Part shown: in pieces, positions 47,027 to 57,067 of the stretch
Layout of the letters: each line of letters starts with the position of its first letter
How positions within the stretch are numbered: the stretch's first letter is position 1
Virus record (IMG/VR): IMGVR_UViG_3300037311_000078
Location: 1-63,327 of that record
Direction: 5' to 3' (one strand)
Origin: a virus
Lineage: Duplodnaviria > Caudoviricetes
Length of the DNA stretch: 63,327 nucleotides
Notes under the pieces: model-generated
The model's database searches: none
The model's input: only the letters and a program-made list of their open reading frames with translations
Told to the model about the DNA's origin: nothing
Program-made: the position numbers and the translations under genes

Positions 47027-47386
47027 ATGTCAGATTATCCACACCTGTTCGACGATATTGGATCGCTTACGCGTACAACGCAGTTGTACACACAGCGCCG
47101 TTCCAGTGTGGAATCTCCGAACAACTACAAATTCACGATTGAAGAGCTGGCTGATTACCTTATTGCTGAGTTTGGATTTGTGACACTTGATAAGCTGTAC
47201 TACTTGCACGTTCAGTCTGGAGTTTCTGCCACATGGAACATAACCCATAACCTTAACAGGCCTGTTCACGTCCGATGTAAAAACTCTGACGATGAAAACA
47301 TAGTAGGAGAACCATTTGATGATAACATGAACCAGACATCCGTGTCGTTCACAATAGCCGTTGAAGGCACCGCACTTTGCACTTAA
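47027..47386 (+). CDS. tail fibre-associated protein
   Basis: W.ITHNL.RPV.V motif. Confidence 0.55.
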   Translation: MSDYPHLFDDIGSLTRTTQLYTQRRSSVESPNNYKFTIEELADYLIAEFGFVTLDKLYYLHVQSGVSATWNITHNLNRPVHVRCKNSDDENIVGEPFDDNMNQTSVSFTIAVEGTALCT

Positions 47387-47398
47387 ACTTATTACTCA

Positions 47399-48109
47399 AT
47401 GAAATATCTACACGAAATTGATGCCACAAAGGCTAACCGGCTACTGATACCGAAGTTCGCCAACCTCGCAGCGTTTCCATCTGCTGCATCTTCTGAAGGT
47501 TCTGTCGGTTATGCCGACGATACCAATACCGTGTACTACTCCAACGGAACCACATGGGCATCCATGGGTACCGTATCTGGAGCAATGACGTTCAAAGGTG
47601 GCGTTGCCTTTAACGCCGCAGAACCTGGATCGCCCGCAACCGGCGATACCTATGTGTTCACAACAGCAGGCTCCAATACATGGGAGGGCACAACGGTCGT
47701 TGAGATCGGTGACCTTGCAATCTGGAACGGCACGGCATGGACGTTCGTTCAACAGAATATCGGCGCGGCGTCTGAAACCGTTGCAGGGTATGTTGAGCTG
47801 GCCACAAATGCTGAGGCAATCACAGGCACAGATACCGCTCGTGCTGTCCACCCTGCCGGTCTGATGGCCGCTTTGCAGCAAAACCGTGTGACGTCAGTTG
47901 GCGGTACCGGTGGTAACATCTTGACTGGTAACAGCTCATTGACTACCTTCGCGGTCGTTCATACCGGCAAGGACACAAAGCCAATGGTTCGGGAAACCAC
48001 GGTCGGCAACTATGTCCAGGTTGATATCACCAGAACGTCAGCAACAGGGTGCGACATTGTCTTTGCCATCGCACCAGCGCCAACACCAACGTACACCGTA
48101 GTAATCTAA
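47399..48109 (+). CDS. short tail fibre protein
   Basis: FKG, GD.Y, WNGTAW, ASETVAG.VELAT.AE..TG.D..RAV.P fibre motifs. Confidence 0.7.
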   Translation: MKYLHEIDATKANRLLIPKFANLAAFPSAASSEGSVGYADDTNTVYYSNGTTWASMGTVSGAMTFKGGVAFNAAEPGSPATGDTYVFTTAGSNTWEGTTVVEIGDLAIWNGTAWTFVQQNIGAASETVAGYVELATNAEAITGTDTARAVHPAGLMAALQQNRVTSVGGTGGNILTGNSSLTTFAVVHTGKDTKPMVRETTVGNYVQVDITRTSATGCDIVFAIAPAPTPTYTVVI

Positions 48110-48116
48110 TACACCC

Positions 48117-50858
48117 ATGAAGTATAGAGGAATAGGGGACTTCTCCAATGCCGGACAACTGATCATGCCACAGTATGCCAATGCTGCTGCATTCCCGACA
48201 GCGTCAGGCGCGAAGTCCTCTATTTCTTTTGCGGATGATACGGACCTGCTTCACTACTCCACCGGCGCTGCATGGGTGCAGCTCGCAAACTTTGCGAACG
48301 ACCTTGCCGCTTTAGAAAACCTGGCATCGACAGGCATTGCCGTTCGCACTACAACTAACACATGGGCGCAGCGGTCAATCCAAAACTCGATTGACCCAGC
48401 GTCCACGGCATCTGTTACCATTACGAACGGAGATGGCGTTGCAGGGAATCCACAGGTAAACGTAAACACCAGCAATTCGTCAACCAAATTGGCAGTGTTT
48501 GTGGCGACTACGGCGAATATCACATTGTCAGGATTACAGACAATTGACGGGGTTGCGCTGGGGGGAGACGAAAGGGTGCTGGTGAAAAACCAAAGTACGG
48601 CATCTCAAAACGGATTGTATGTTAGTGCTTCAGGAGCTTGGACACGGGCAACTGATTACAATACAGATTCGGAAGCGGCACTTGGCACACTGATTTACGT
48701 GCAATATGGCACCGCAAATGGTGGTAATTGGTATAAGCAGGACACCGCTGGATCAATTGCGCTTGGTACCGATTCGCTGGCATATTCAGAGGTTTTTGGC
48801 GCTGCTGGTGGCACTCCTGGAGGCTCTGATGGCCAGGTTCAATACAACAACGGCGGCGCATTCGGCGGCGCTGCGGAGATCAGGTATGATGACGGTAATG
48901 GAAACACGGGATTTGGAACCAACGCGAATGCAAGCTATCGAATCTATGTGAACGGCGCTATGCGCTCACTTGGCGCAACCGTTGCCAGTGGCAGCGGCGC
49001 TGTTACCGGATTGACTGCTGCATCTATGCATTTGCAAAACACATCCGGTTCTGAAACATGGTACTTCGGTAGTCGTGACGATGACGGGTTGGATGTGTAT
49101 TCAACGACGCTGTCAGAGGTGTTTCGTATATATCCTGGATCCGGAAGGTTTAATCACAATTACGCTTTTTCTCTTCCGGCAGTAATCACACCATCTTCAA
49201 TCGGAGCGAATCAGAACAACTATGCGCTTGGTGATAGTGACCAAGCAGTTCACGCTCGAATTACCGCATCTGGAGAATTTGATATCACGGGCCTTGCAGG
49301 TGGCGCGGCCGGCAGGATAGTAGCGTTCACAAATATTGGCTCGAACGCTATCAGCTTCATACATGAATCAGCATCATCAACAACAGTCAACAGGTTCTCA
49401 ATTGGTACAGGATTTACTCTGGAAGCAAATGAGAGCGCGTTATTTTATTACGATGGTGCATCACTTCGCTGGCGCTGCTGGGGAAAGAACGTTACTGTTG
49501 CCTCAGGTGGGGGGACACCTGCGGGTGCAACCGGACAGGTGCAGTTCAACAATGCCGGCGCATTCGGCGCTAATTCTGTTTTCTTCTGGGACAACACCAA
49601 CACCAGGCTTGGCGTCGGCGCTGGAGCACCAGCTTACACGTTGGATGTGAACGCCACCGATGCGATACGCATACCCGCAGGAACCACAGGTCAACGTCCT
49701 ACCACCGCAACCGGTCTGATCCGACACAACACCAGCAACGCAGTATTCGAGTACTACGACGGCTCTGCATGGCGCTCGGTTCGTCACGACGGAAATACTC
49801 CTTCAGGACTTGGCACGACAAACTACGTGACGTATTATACGGCGGCTGGTACCATTTCGGGTGACATAGACTTCCAGCACAACGGAACTGTCGTTAGTAT
49901 AGGTCAGGCGGTGAATGCAAGCAATAGGCTGAGTATTACCGGAACGGGCGCATCCTCTTCGACTTATGGTCTTGCTGTTCACAGCTCAGCAGGCAACACA
50001 AACACCTTGATGGTCAGGGATGATAGCCGTGTCGGTATACTTACAAACGCCCCGATAATGTCACTTGACGTTCAAGGTAAAGGAACATTCGGTACTTCGA
50101 GCGCAAACACAACCAGAGCTTCAAGGGCGCTGAATCTTATTGACGCCAATGGAGTGATGCGTATTTGGCGCTATACCTCTACAACAAGCAACAGTCCATC
50201 ATTCGAGTTGATCTGGGGCAACACCGGCGATACGGCAACAACGGCTGGAAACTATTACTGGGACTTCTTTATCAACGCCGCATCGTCTGCGGCTGAGGCA
50301 TTTGTGGTCCGTAAAAGAACGGCGGGAACCGACCAAAACATGATGGTCTGGAACAAAGATAACTACCAACTTGTCGGACCTTATGTTGGAAACTCTGTAG
50401 GGCGCGGCGCGTTCTATCAAGCGGCTGGTCAAGTAAGTACAGCCGGTGACGCACAAGTAGTTTACTGGAACCTATATCGTTCCAGTACTTCGACGGCTTA
50501 TGATGTAATGCTCGATGGAACAAGCGCCTACCCTGACCTGGACACGCTTTCTGCAACAAACAGGGTGTGGGGCATAAGCATGCTTGTCACAACAACCGTT
50601 ACTGCACGGACATCCGGAACACCAGTTGTTGGCGATGTTAATGTGCAGGAGATTTTCGGGTACATTAAAAAGGTTGGAGGCGTCTATACGGCCAGTACCC
50701 TTACAAACATCGCAACATTGGGAGACGCAAACCTTAGCGCGGTTGCCGTTACATGGACTGCTGCTGCTGGTCAACTCGCAATAAACATATCACGGCCGGC
50801 AGGAACGGCAACATATAGGACCGTTGTTTCTGTCCGCATGTGCGACCTGGGCTCATAA
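48117..50858 (+). CDS. long tail fibre / receptor-binding protein
   Basis: ATTANITLSGLQTIDG, RVLVKNQ..SQNG.Y, GQVQ.NN.GAFG x2, PAGTT.QRP modules. Confidence 0.82.
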   Translation: MKYRGIGDFSNAGQLIMPQYANAAAFPTASGAKSSISFADDTDLLHYSTGAAWVQLANFANDLAALENLASTGIAVRTTTNTWAQRSIQNSIDPASTASVTITNGDGVAGNPQVNVNTSNSSTKLAVFVATTANITLSGLQTIDGVALGGDERVLVKNQSTASQNGLYVSASGAWTRATDYNTDSEAALGTLIYVQYGTANGGNWYKQDTAGSIALGTDSLAYSEVFGAAGGTPGGSDGQVQYNNGGAFGGAAEIRYDDGNGNTGFGTNANASYRIYVNGAMRSLGATVASGSGAVTGLTAASMHLQNTSGSETWYFGSRDDDGLDVYSTTLSEVFRIYPGSGRFNHNYAFSLPAVITPSSIGANQNNYALGDSDQAVHARITASGEFDITGLAGGAAGRIVAFTNIGSNAISFIHESASSTTVNRFSIGTGFTLEANESALFYYDGASLRWRCWGKNVTVASGGGTPAGATGQVQFNNAGAFGANSVFFWDNTNTRLGVGAGAPAYTLDVNATDAIRIPAGTTGQRPTTATGLIRHNTSNAVFEYYDGSAWRSVRHDGNTPSGLGTTNYVTYYTAAGTISGDIDFQHNGTVVSIGQAVNASNRLSITGTGASSSTYGLAVHSSAGNTNTLMVRDDSRVGILTNAPIMSLDVQGKGTFGTSSANTTRASRALNLIDANGVMRIWRYTSTTSNSPSFELIWGNTGDTATTAGNYYWDFFINAASSAAEAFVVRKRTAGTDQNMMVWNKDNYQLVGPYVGNSVGRGAFYQAAGQVSTAGDAQVVYWNLYRSSTSTAYDVMLDGTSAYPDLDTLSATNRVWGISMLVTTTVTARTSGTPVVGDVNVQEIFGYIKKVGGVYTASTLTNIATLGDANLSAVAVTWTAAAGQLAINISRPAGTATYRTVVSVRMCDLGS

Positions 50859-50870
50859 AAACATAAACCA

Positions 50871-51479
50871 ATGGCATTTCTATTCAAACTCAAGCGCTCG
50901 ATCATATTGCCTCAGGAGGATGGCAGTTACCTTGTATATCCAAAGAACGCATTCTCATTCGCGTATTCGGTAGTACCTAACCCAAAGGCTCGGGCACTAC
51001 GTATATCGCTGTTGCTGGCCAATTCGGTAACTGAGGAAGTAAAGCGTACCATCGCAGAATTCGATGTGACTGACGCTGGATTCCAAACAGGGGTTATTAC
51101 CAACCAGGCTGAGATCGACGCATGGCAGCTTGATTTTGATTCGCTGATGGAAGATTTTGCAAAGGCGACAAATGACTATGCTGTTAAAAAGCAGGAGGAA
51201 CTCGCGTTGCTTGCAGAACTTCCTAACGACCCTGAAATTCAAAAAGACCTTGACATCGTTGTGGCAGCACTCGTTGGCCTTAAAGAAGCTATGGAGACGG
51301 CCAAGGCTGCCGTTGACTTGAAGCGTACGGAGCGCCCAGCACCTGCTGAATTGTTCATAAATAAGTATGATGACCTGATTGGGTACTTCAACAATGACGG
51401 TTCTATCACCGATGAAGGCATTGTTTGGGCGCGTACCGTTCCGTTCTTTGGCGCCACCATTGGCGACTTCCTTGAGTAA
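50871..51479 (+). CDS. hypothetical protein (possible fibre chaperone, coiled coil)
   Basis: position after the fibre gene. Confidence 0.55.
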   Translation: MAFLFKLKRSIILPQEDGSYLVYPKNAFSFAYSVVPNPKARALRISLLLANSVTEEVKRTIAEFDVTDAGFQTGVITNQAEIDAWQLDFDSLMEDFAKATNDYAVKKQEELALLAELPNDPEIQKDLDIVVAALVGLKEAMETAKAAVDLKRTERPAPAELFINKYDDLIGYFNNDGSITDEGIVWARTVPFFGATIGDFLE

Positions 51480-51510
51480 TTATTATTCATAACCATAAAC
51501 TGCAACATCT

Positions 51511-51879
51511 ATGGACATTCATCCAAACGAGGTCGATGGGCCTACAACTGACGCACCTGAAGAGTTTACTCAAAAAACCAAGAAGGCCGCAAAGCCGCCC
51601 AAAAAGCCAATTGAAAAGGCGATCAAAGCCGACATCAAGGGAGGTGATGTCAAAATATTTGACATCCCGGAAAAACGCGCAAAGCGTATCGAGGAAATAA
51701 ACGCGGACATGGCGGCATACCGATCTGCCTACAACACCCGGATGCACGAGATACTAGTTGGTATCTGCGATGATCTGGATATCGGGAAAGACAAGATTGC
51801 CGAATACACACCGGACTTTAAGGGCATCATCGTAAAGTCTGATCAGCAACAGCAGTCACCACCTCCACTACGCCCATGA
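51511..51879 (+). CDS. hypothetical protein
   Basis: operon ORF. Confidence 0.55.
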   Translation: MDIHPNEVDGPTTDAPEEFTQKTKKAAKPPKKPIEKAIKADIKGGDVKIFDIPEKRAKRIEEINADMAAYRSAYNTRMHEILVGICDDLDIGKDKIAEYTPDFKGIIVKSDQQQQSPPPLRP

Positions 51880-52394
51880 GCAATTTGATTTTAATGCTGT
51901 GCATGGGGTTCTTTTGCGGCCTGAAAACTGCAGGGGTCGAAACTCCTGAAAGCAAACGTAAATGGATACGGCTCGGCGTTGTGCTTTGCCATATACTGCT
52001 GCTGCTCCAACTCGTTCGACTTGGCACCGGGCGCGGCGAAATGTTCTGGATCGTATTCGTGCTGTGTGTCGCATCCGGCGTATCTATCACCATATCAGTA
52101 TTCAACCGGTCAGAGCGCGACATGTACGATGTGATTGGAATGCTTCTTTTCATCCTGACATTTGTGGCATTGCGGATATCGGCGATCACAATTATCACTG
52201 GAATTGGATTGATGTCGGTATTGTATCCTATGCCGATAAGTTATGCTCAATCAGGCGTATGGATGCAGCCTACACGGAGAAACATAATTCGTGTCGTTAT
52301 TGTCTTCGGATTGGTAGTGTTCTGGTTCGGCGCTCATGAGTCGCTTACTATTGATCTTATCCAAATTTTAAACTGGATACTTGACGCCTTATGA
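51876..52394 (+). CDS. polytopic membrane protein
   Basis: about 5 hydrophobic segments. Confidence 0.6.
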   Translation: MSNLILMLCMGFFCGLKTAGVETPESKRKWIRLGVVLCHILLLLQLVRLGTGRGEMFWIVFVLCVASGVSITISVFNRSERDMYDVIGMLLFILTFVALRISAITIITGIGLMSVLYPMPISYAQSGVWMQPTRRNIIRVVIVFGLVVFWFGAHESLTIDLIQILNWILDAL

Positions 52395-52582
52395 AAAAGG
52401 TAAAGCGACAATGCGCCGTTCCTGGGTGTGCAGAACAAATACCCGGCAACAGATTGATATGTGAGACACATTGGGATAAAGTACCAAAGCCATTACAATC
52501 TAAATTCAGGCGAATCGCAAAGGACGGTAACGAGATCGAATGGATATCCGTCGTAAGAGAAGTAATCAACATTGCCATATAA
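52391..52582 (+). CDS. small Zn-finger-like protein
   Basis: CAVPGC..C..HW. Confidence 0.55.
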   Translation: MKKVKRQCAVPGCAEQIPGNRLICETHWDKVPKPLQSKFRRIAKDGNEIEWISVVREVINIAI

Positions 52583-52583
52583 C

Positions 52584-54044
52584 ATGAAGCATCTGAACCT
52601 TTTAACTTTAATCGTCGCATTCTGCTCGTGCCATCACGATGCATTTGAACCAAACGGGCCGATGGCGCCGGCACAAACCGTTCCAACGCCATGCTTGACA
52701 TACCCAGTAACCGGGGCTGCCCAGGTGATCGGTGTTAATGCCCAGCCGAACGTACCTGTTTCACTCCTGCAACCGTTCTACAGGATTCGACAATATCAGG
52801 CGTGGCGATACACCCATACCCCCCAGGGCATCGCCGTTGAGCCGTCACGTACCGGGAATATCAATTGCGACACATACTATCAGGAAGCCTTGACAAGCGG
52901 ACATCTGATTCACCCGGTGGTATCATGGAAGCTTGACTGGTTGACCACGCAATCAAACCCTGAGTGGATCCACGAGCCGATGACCGACCTCGCATCGGAT
53001 CCAGCGTTTCCTTTCTCGTACGGCGAGTGGTCGCGCTACTGGTGGCAGATCACGGCACGGTATGGAGCGTTCCCATGGCAGGATCAGTTTCTGAACGTGA
53101 ACCAAACGCCTCGATGGAACGGCGACCCGATAAACGAAAAGAAAACGGCCATGAAGCTGCTTTCCTACGTAGAGCCCGAAAACGAGCCTAACCGGTGGTG
53201 GAAGCCTGGGTATGCGCAATACACGCCGGTGCAGTGTGCGGCGATGATGAGCGCTGCATACGATGGCCACATGGGGCAAATGGGATTTGGTACCGGTATC
53301 CGGTGTGCTGATCCTGACATGCAGGTTGTATTGGGTGGTCTGGCCGACATTGATACGGCCTACCTGCAGGGTATAGTCGACTGGTCGGCCGTCAATCGTT
53401 GCGGCCACGGCGTACCGTTTAATGTCATCAACGTTCACTGGTATTGCAATGCCGGCAATAATCTATCCAATATCCATGTAAACCTTACGGGCCCAGGCGT
53501 TTGCCCGGAAGCTGACAACCTGCGCCTACGGCTTCAAAAATTGGCCGCGTGGCGCGACCGCGTGTTGCCTGGCATTGAAATATGGCTGAGTGAGTTTGGA
53601 TGGGATACGGACGCATACAGCCCGCTGCGCTGCCAACCTTACGGAAGCTACTCGCAGGAGAAAGTACAGGCCATGTGGATAGTTAGGGCGTACCTCGAAG
53701 GTATTGCCGCAGGAATAGACGGCATGTATCTCTATGAAGCTGCAAATGAGCCAAGCAATCAAGGGCTGTTTGCAGCATCTGGTGTTATGCTTAGTGAGGG
53801 TGAGGACTTTAAGAAGAAAGAGGCATACAGCGCAATTGTGTGGCTCGTTTCCCATCTGAATGGGTGGCATTACGACGGCGATTATTCAGGAGCCAACTAC
53901 AGGGCATATCGTTTCAAGTCTGATGACGGCCAGATTAAATATTGCGTATGGTCGCCAACCGCTGATGGCAGCACAGTAACTTTGCAAACTCAATCCGGGT
54001 CGGTGACGGTCACCGAGGACCCGATATTTATCTATCACCTATAA
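52584..54044 (+). CDS. lipoprotein glycoside hydrolase, clan GH-A
   Basis: lipobox AFCSC; ENEPN acid/base, INVHWY, IWLSEFGWD nucleophile. Confidence 0.8.
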   Translation: MKHLNLLTLIVAFCSCHHDAFEPNGPMAPAQTVPTPCLTYPVTGAAQVIGVNAQPNVPVSLLQPFYRIRQYQAWRYTHTPQGIAVEPSRTGNINCDTYYQEALTSGHLIHPVVSWKLDWLTTQSNPEWIHEPMTDLASDPAFPFSYGEWSRYWWQITARYGAFPWQDQFLNVNQTPRWNGDPINEKKTAMKLLSYVEPENEPNRWWKPGYAQYTPVQCAAMMSAAYDGHMGQMGFGTGIRCADPDMQVVLGGLADIDTAYLQGIVDWSAVNRCGHGVPFNVINVHWYCNAGNNLSNIHVNLTGPGVCPEADNLRLRLQKLAAWRDRVLPGIEIWLSEFGWDTDAYSPLRCQPYGSYSQEKVQAMWIVRAYLEGIAAGIDGMYLYEAANEPSNQGLFAASGVMLSEGEDFKKKEAYSAIVWLVSHLNGWHYDGDYSGANYRAYRFKSDDGQIKYCVWSPTADGSTVTLQTQSGSVTVTEDPIFIYHL

Positions 54045-54055
54045 CAAATTGAATC

Positions 54056-54436
54056 ATGCAAGATCAAAACCTTGGTATTGAAAATCTGGTCAGCATCGCA
54101 ATCGATGCCGTGGCCGTGGCAAAAAGCGTGGCCAAAGAACTTGAAGATGGTTTCCAGCCACTTCGTGATGTGCCAACCATCGCATTCGGAAACTTTGGAA
54201 AGCTCCAGAACATCGGGGCAAAAGCAAAGCCAGCCTGGGCGGAAATCAAAGACTTGTCTCCGGGCGAGATCGAAGACTTTGAGGAGCGCGTTGCATCAGG
54301 TGCTGGTATCCCGAACGAAGGCGTATATGGCAAAGTCCGTAAATCGCTCCGCCTGGTTGCCCGTACGTACAAAGTCGTAGAAGAAGCCATCGACATCGTG
54401 AATGATGCGAAGGACATCTTCGAGGATGAAGAATAG
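54056..54436 (+). CDS. hypothetical protein
   Basis: ORF before a terminator. Confidence 0.65.
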   Translation: MQDQNLGIENLVSIAIDAVAVAKSVAKELEDGFQPLRDVPTIAFGNFGKLQNIGAKAKPAWAEIKDLSPGEIEDFEERVASGAGIPNEGVYGKVRKSLRLVARTYKVVEEAIDIVNDAKDIFEDEE

Positions 54437-54501
54437 GCCATCCGCCAAACCCGGTTTAAATCGCAGCGTCAAAGTCAAGACCGATGTTTTGATGTTGCAG
54501 G

Positions 54502-54537
54502 CCCGGACACCTCCTCCCAGGTGTACCGGGTTTTTTA
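54502..54537 (+). terminator. intrinsic terminator ending the late region
   Basis: CCCGGACACCT/AGGTGTACCGGG hairpin plus T-run. Confidence 0.8.
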
Positions 54538-54561
54538 TTTGGTTAAAGTTGATAAAAATAG

Positions 54562-54595
54562 TTGCTCAACCGGTTAAAGTGGTTATCTTTGCAAC
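54562..54595 (+). promoter_or_regulatory. early promoter, copy 1 of GTTAAAGTRGTTATCTTTGCAAC
   Basis: TTG-N19-TATCTTTG; repeated at 57722 and 62871. Confidence 0.8.
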
Positions 54596-54644
54596 ACAAT
54601 TAAACAACAAGCGAAAATCATTTATCACCATCAACTCAACAACA

Positions 54645-55403
54645 ATGGCTCACATCACAAATTCAACCGCGAACACCACGAACGAAAACTTCACCCAGCT
54701 GGCACAACGCCACCTCCAACCCAAAGACATGAGCGACCGTGAAGCGATCGTTCACCAAGCCGCCCGGGATCACTTCCGCGAATTCATCGAGGAGACCGGA
54801 GCCGAATCAATCAAAGCGGCTACCATCGAACAACTGAAAGAAGCGGTACTCAAAGTGGTGGCATTCACGAAAAACGGCACCCTGGGCGAAAACTCAAAAG
54901 TCTGCATCGCAGACCGGGTGGTTATTATCGCATCATCACTCCGCGCCGAACTCAACCTGATCGCAAAGGCAGAAGAAATCACCATCGGCCGCGGCATCGA
55001 AAAGTATGTCATCGACGGTTTCAACTTTGAAGCAAACACTGGAAAGAAGGCACCGGCGAAAAAATCCGAGCCCAAACAGAAAGCATCTGCACCAGTGCCA
55101 GCAGCGGCCCCTGCAGTACCGGTTGATGGCCAACTGGAACGCGCCGACCTGGTTGAACAACTGCAATTCCACGGGGCTGATACCGTTGACAATGTGGCGA
55201 ATCTGTTGGAGGCCTGGAATATGGGTGGCGAATTTTACCTGAAAGCGAAACGCAGTGGCGAGATCGGCAAAACCGTGAAAGCTCTGGATGAGCAAGTCGA
55301 CCGCCAAACCATGATCGTTACAGATCAGCAAGGCAAGAAGATCGGAATGTGCTACATGGACAAAATTGCCCAGTACTTCACCGTGGTAGAAATCATCGCA
55401 TGA
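54645..55403 (+). CDS. hypothetical early protein
   Basis: ATG after CAACAACA leader. Confidence 0.7.
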   Translation: MAHITNSTANTTNENFTQLAQRHLQPKDMSDREAIVHQAARDHFREFIEETGAESIKAATIEQLKEAVLKVVAFTKNGTLGENSKVCIADRVVIIASSLRAELNLIAKAEEITIGRGIEKYVIDGFNFEANTGKKAPAKKSEPKQKASAPVPAAAPAVPVDGQLERADLVEQLQFHGADTVDNVANLLEAWNMGGEFYLKAKRSGEIGKTVKALDEQVDRQTMIVTDQQGKKIGMCYMDKIAQYFTVVEIIA

Positions 55404-56218
55404 TAGAGTACGTTCAACTAAATCACCCGGCGTTCAAAGACTTTCATAAAGCCTTTGAACGCCTCGCCCACCGGTTCCAATACAGCGACGTGTTCGACGA
55501 TTTTCTGGACTTCTGTATTTACTATCTATCACTTGCCAGGGTCGGATCGTTGGATCCTCTGCAGGAAAAATACCGGGATGAATTCAAGATGTTTTTGGAA
55601 CTGTTTAACCTGCTCGGCGAAGGTTCGGAAGAATTTCAGGACCTGCTTGGTACGGTTTACATGGAGATAAGCTCACGCAGTAAATCATCACGAATGGGGC
55701 AATACTTTACTCCCGATCCTGTAAGTATGATGATGGCAGAATTAACGCTATTTGATATTGATACAGAGCGTGTAGGCCAGAAGATAAACGATCCGAGCGC
55801 CGGATCCGGGATGATGATTTTGAAAGCAGCTTCTAAATTCGGTAACACCCGACACCTACAGTTTTTTGTAGCCCAGGATTTAGATTTGATGTGCTGCAAA
55901 ATGTGCGCGATCAACATGAGTATGAACACTATACCAGGTGAGGTTTACCACATGAACACTTTGTCGCTGGAATATTATGGAGCATACAGTTTGGACCTTG
56001 TAATCTACGAAGGGAAGAACATGTGTCTGATCAGAAAGTGGGATACAGAAAGTATCAAAGCACTAAACGAACGAGAGGCCAGGCTGCGGGCTGAATATGC
56101 TGAATCTAAAAAGGCAAGCATTCAGGAACAAATGATCGCAGATCGGGAAAAAAAGGATGCAGAAAAACTCAAAGCCAAAGACCTTAAAAAAGGCTTCACA
56201 TCAACATTATTTGATTAA
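55400..56218 (+). CDS. N6-adenine methyltransferase-like (HsdM-related, short)
   Basis: DLLG.VY, GQYFTP, DPSAGSG, QDLD; no NPPY/F seen. Confidence 0.75.
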   Translation: MIEYVQLNHPAFKDFHKAFERLAHRFQYSDVFDDFLDFCIYYLSLARVGSLDPLQEKYRDEFKMFLELFNLLGEGSEEFQDLLGTVYMEISSRSKSSRMGQYFTPDPVSMMMAELTLFDIDTERVGQKINDPSAGSGMMILKAASKFGNTRHLQFFVAQDLDLMCCKMCAINMSMNTIPGEVYHMNTLSLEYYGAYSLDLVIYEGKNMCLIRKWDTESIKALNEREARLRAEYAESKKASIQEQMIADREKKDAEKLKAKDLKKGFTSTLFD

Positions 56219-56229
56219 AATCCGCAATC

Positions 56230-56733
56230 ATGCTTGAACTAAACGAAATCACAAAAAAGCGCCTTATGTGGCTTCTGGCCCAGGCAAAACAAAATGGCGG
56301 CGTTCTGACGATCGACCGCAGGTACCCAGCCCCACCCATTACCGTAATGCTTACCGATATCCCCAGATCATTCTACTCGGAGATGACGGTAAGCCGCCAC
56401 AGCCCAGGAGAAAACCCGATTGACGGCTGGGCATTCCGTGTGGTATTCTTGAAAAACAGCATCGACAACAACCTGCCTATCTACCCGGCGATGTACTGTG
56501 ATGACGACTTCGGTCTGCATCACCTTTGTTCCTGGGAGAATGACGTTGACCAGGTGGAACGGCTTATGGGTAAACCACTCACACGGGCGAATGGTGTAAA
56601 GCCGCTCGTTCTGGAAATGCACGATCCATATTTGAACCTCGCAATCCCTGTAATCGAACGCCACGTAGATGCTATGTGGCGAACTCATAACCTTCCAACA
56701 CTGAAACGCCATGAGCAACACGCAACGGTTTAA
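56230..56733 (+). CDS. hypothetical protein
   Basis: operon ORF. Confidence 0.6.
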   Translation: MLELNEITKKRLMWLLAQAKQNGGVLTIDRRYPAPPITVMLTDIPRSFYSEMTVSRHSPGENPIDGWAFRVVFLKNSIDNNLPIYPAMYCDDDFGLHHLCSWENDVDQVERLMGKPLTRANGVKPLVLEMHDPYLNLAIPVIERHVDAMWRTHNLPTLKRHEQHATV

Positions 56734-57067
56734 AGACATCGAGGCATGCGCAAAAGCCATCAAGCTGCGCATGCCATTTGAGAAGCAATACGACAACGTA
56801 TTCGACATGCTGGATGGCATCATTGAGCTGTGCAAAGAACCATCCAATGACGATGAAAACATTCAGGTCGTTGAATATCAGGTTGGCGAAAATTGGATGG
56901 CGGTAGGCATTCCAGTTCACCAGCCATATATTGAACAGGTACAATGGTGCATTCGCAGGAAGGCATCATGGATAAAGGTGGTAGTAAAAAGAGATGGCGC
57001 CCCAGATGAATACAGAACTTACGACGTGTCAAAAATTTTCTCACCAACTCAAAAGATAGTCAAATGA
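56711..57067 (+). CDS. hypothetical protein
   Basis: operon ORF. Confidence 0.6.
   Translation: MSNTQRFKDIEACAKAIKLRMPFEKQYDNVFDMLDGIIELCKEPSNDDENIQVVEYQVGENWMAVGIPVHQPYIEQVQWCIRRKASWIKVVVKRDGAPDEYRTYDVSKIFSPTQKIVK

Noticed and set aside
47399-50858. Diversity-generating retroelement or invertible fibre cassette
   Set aside because: No reverse transcriptase, invertase or TR/VR pair seen.
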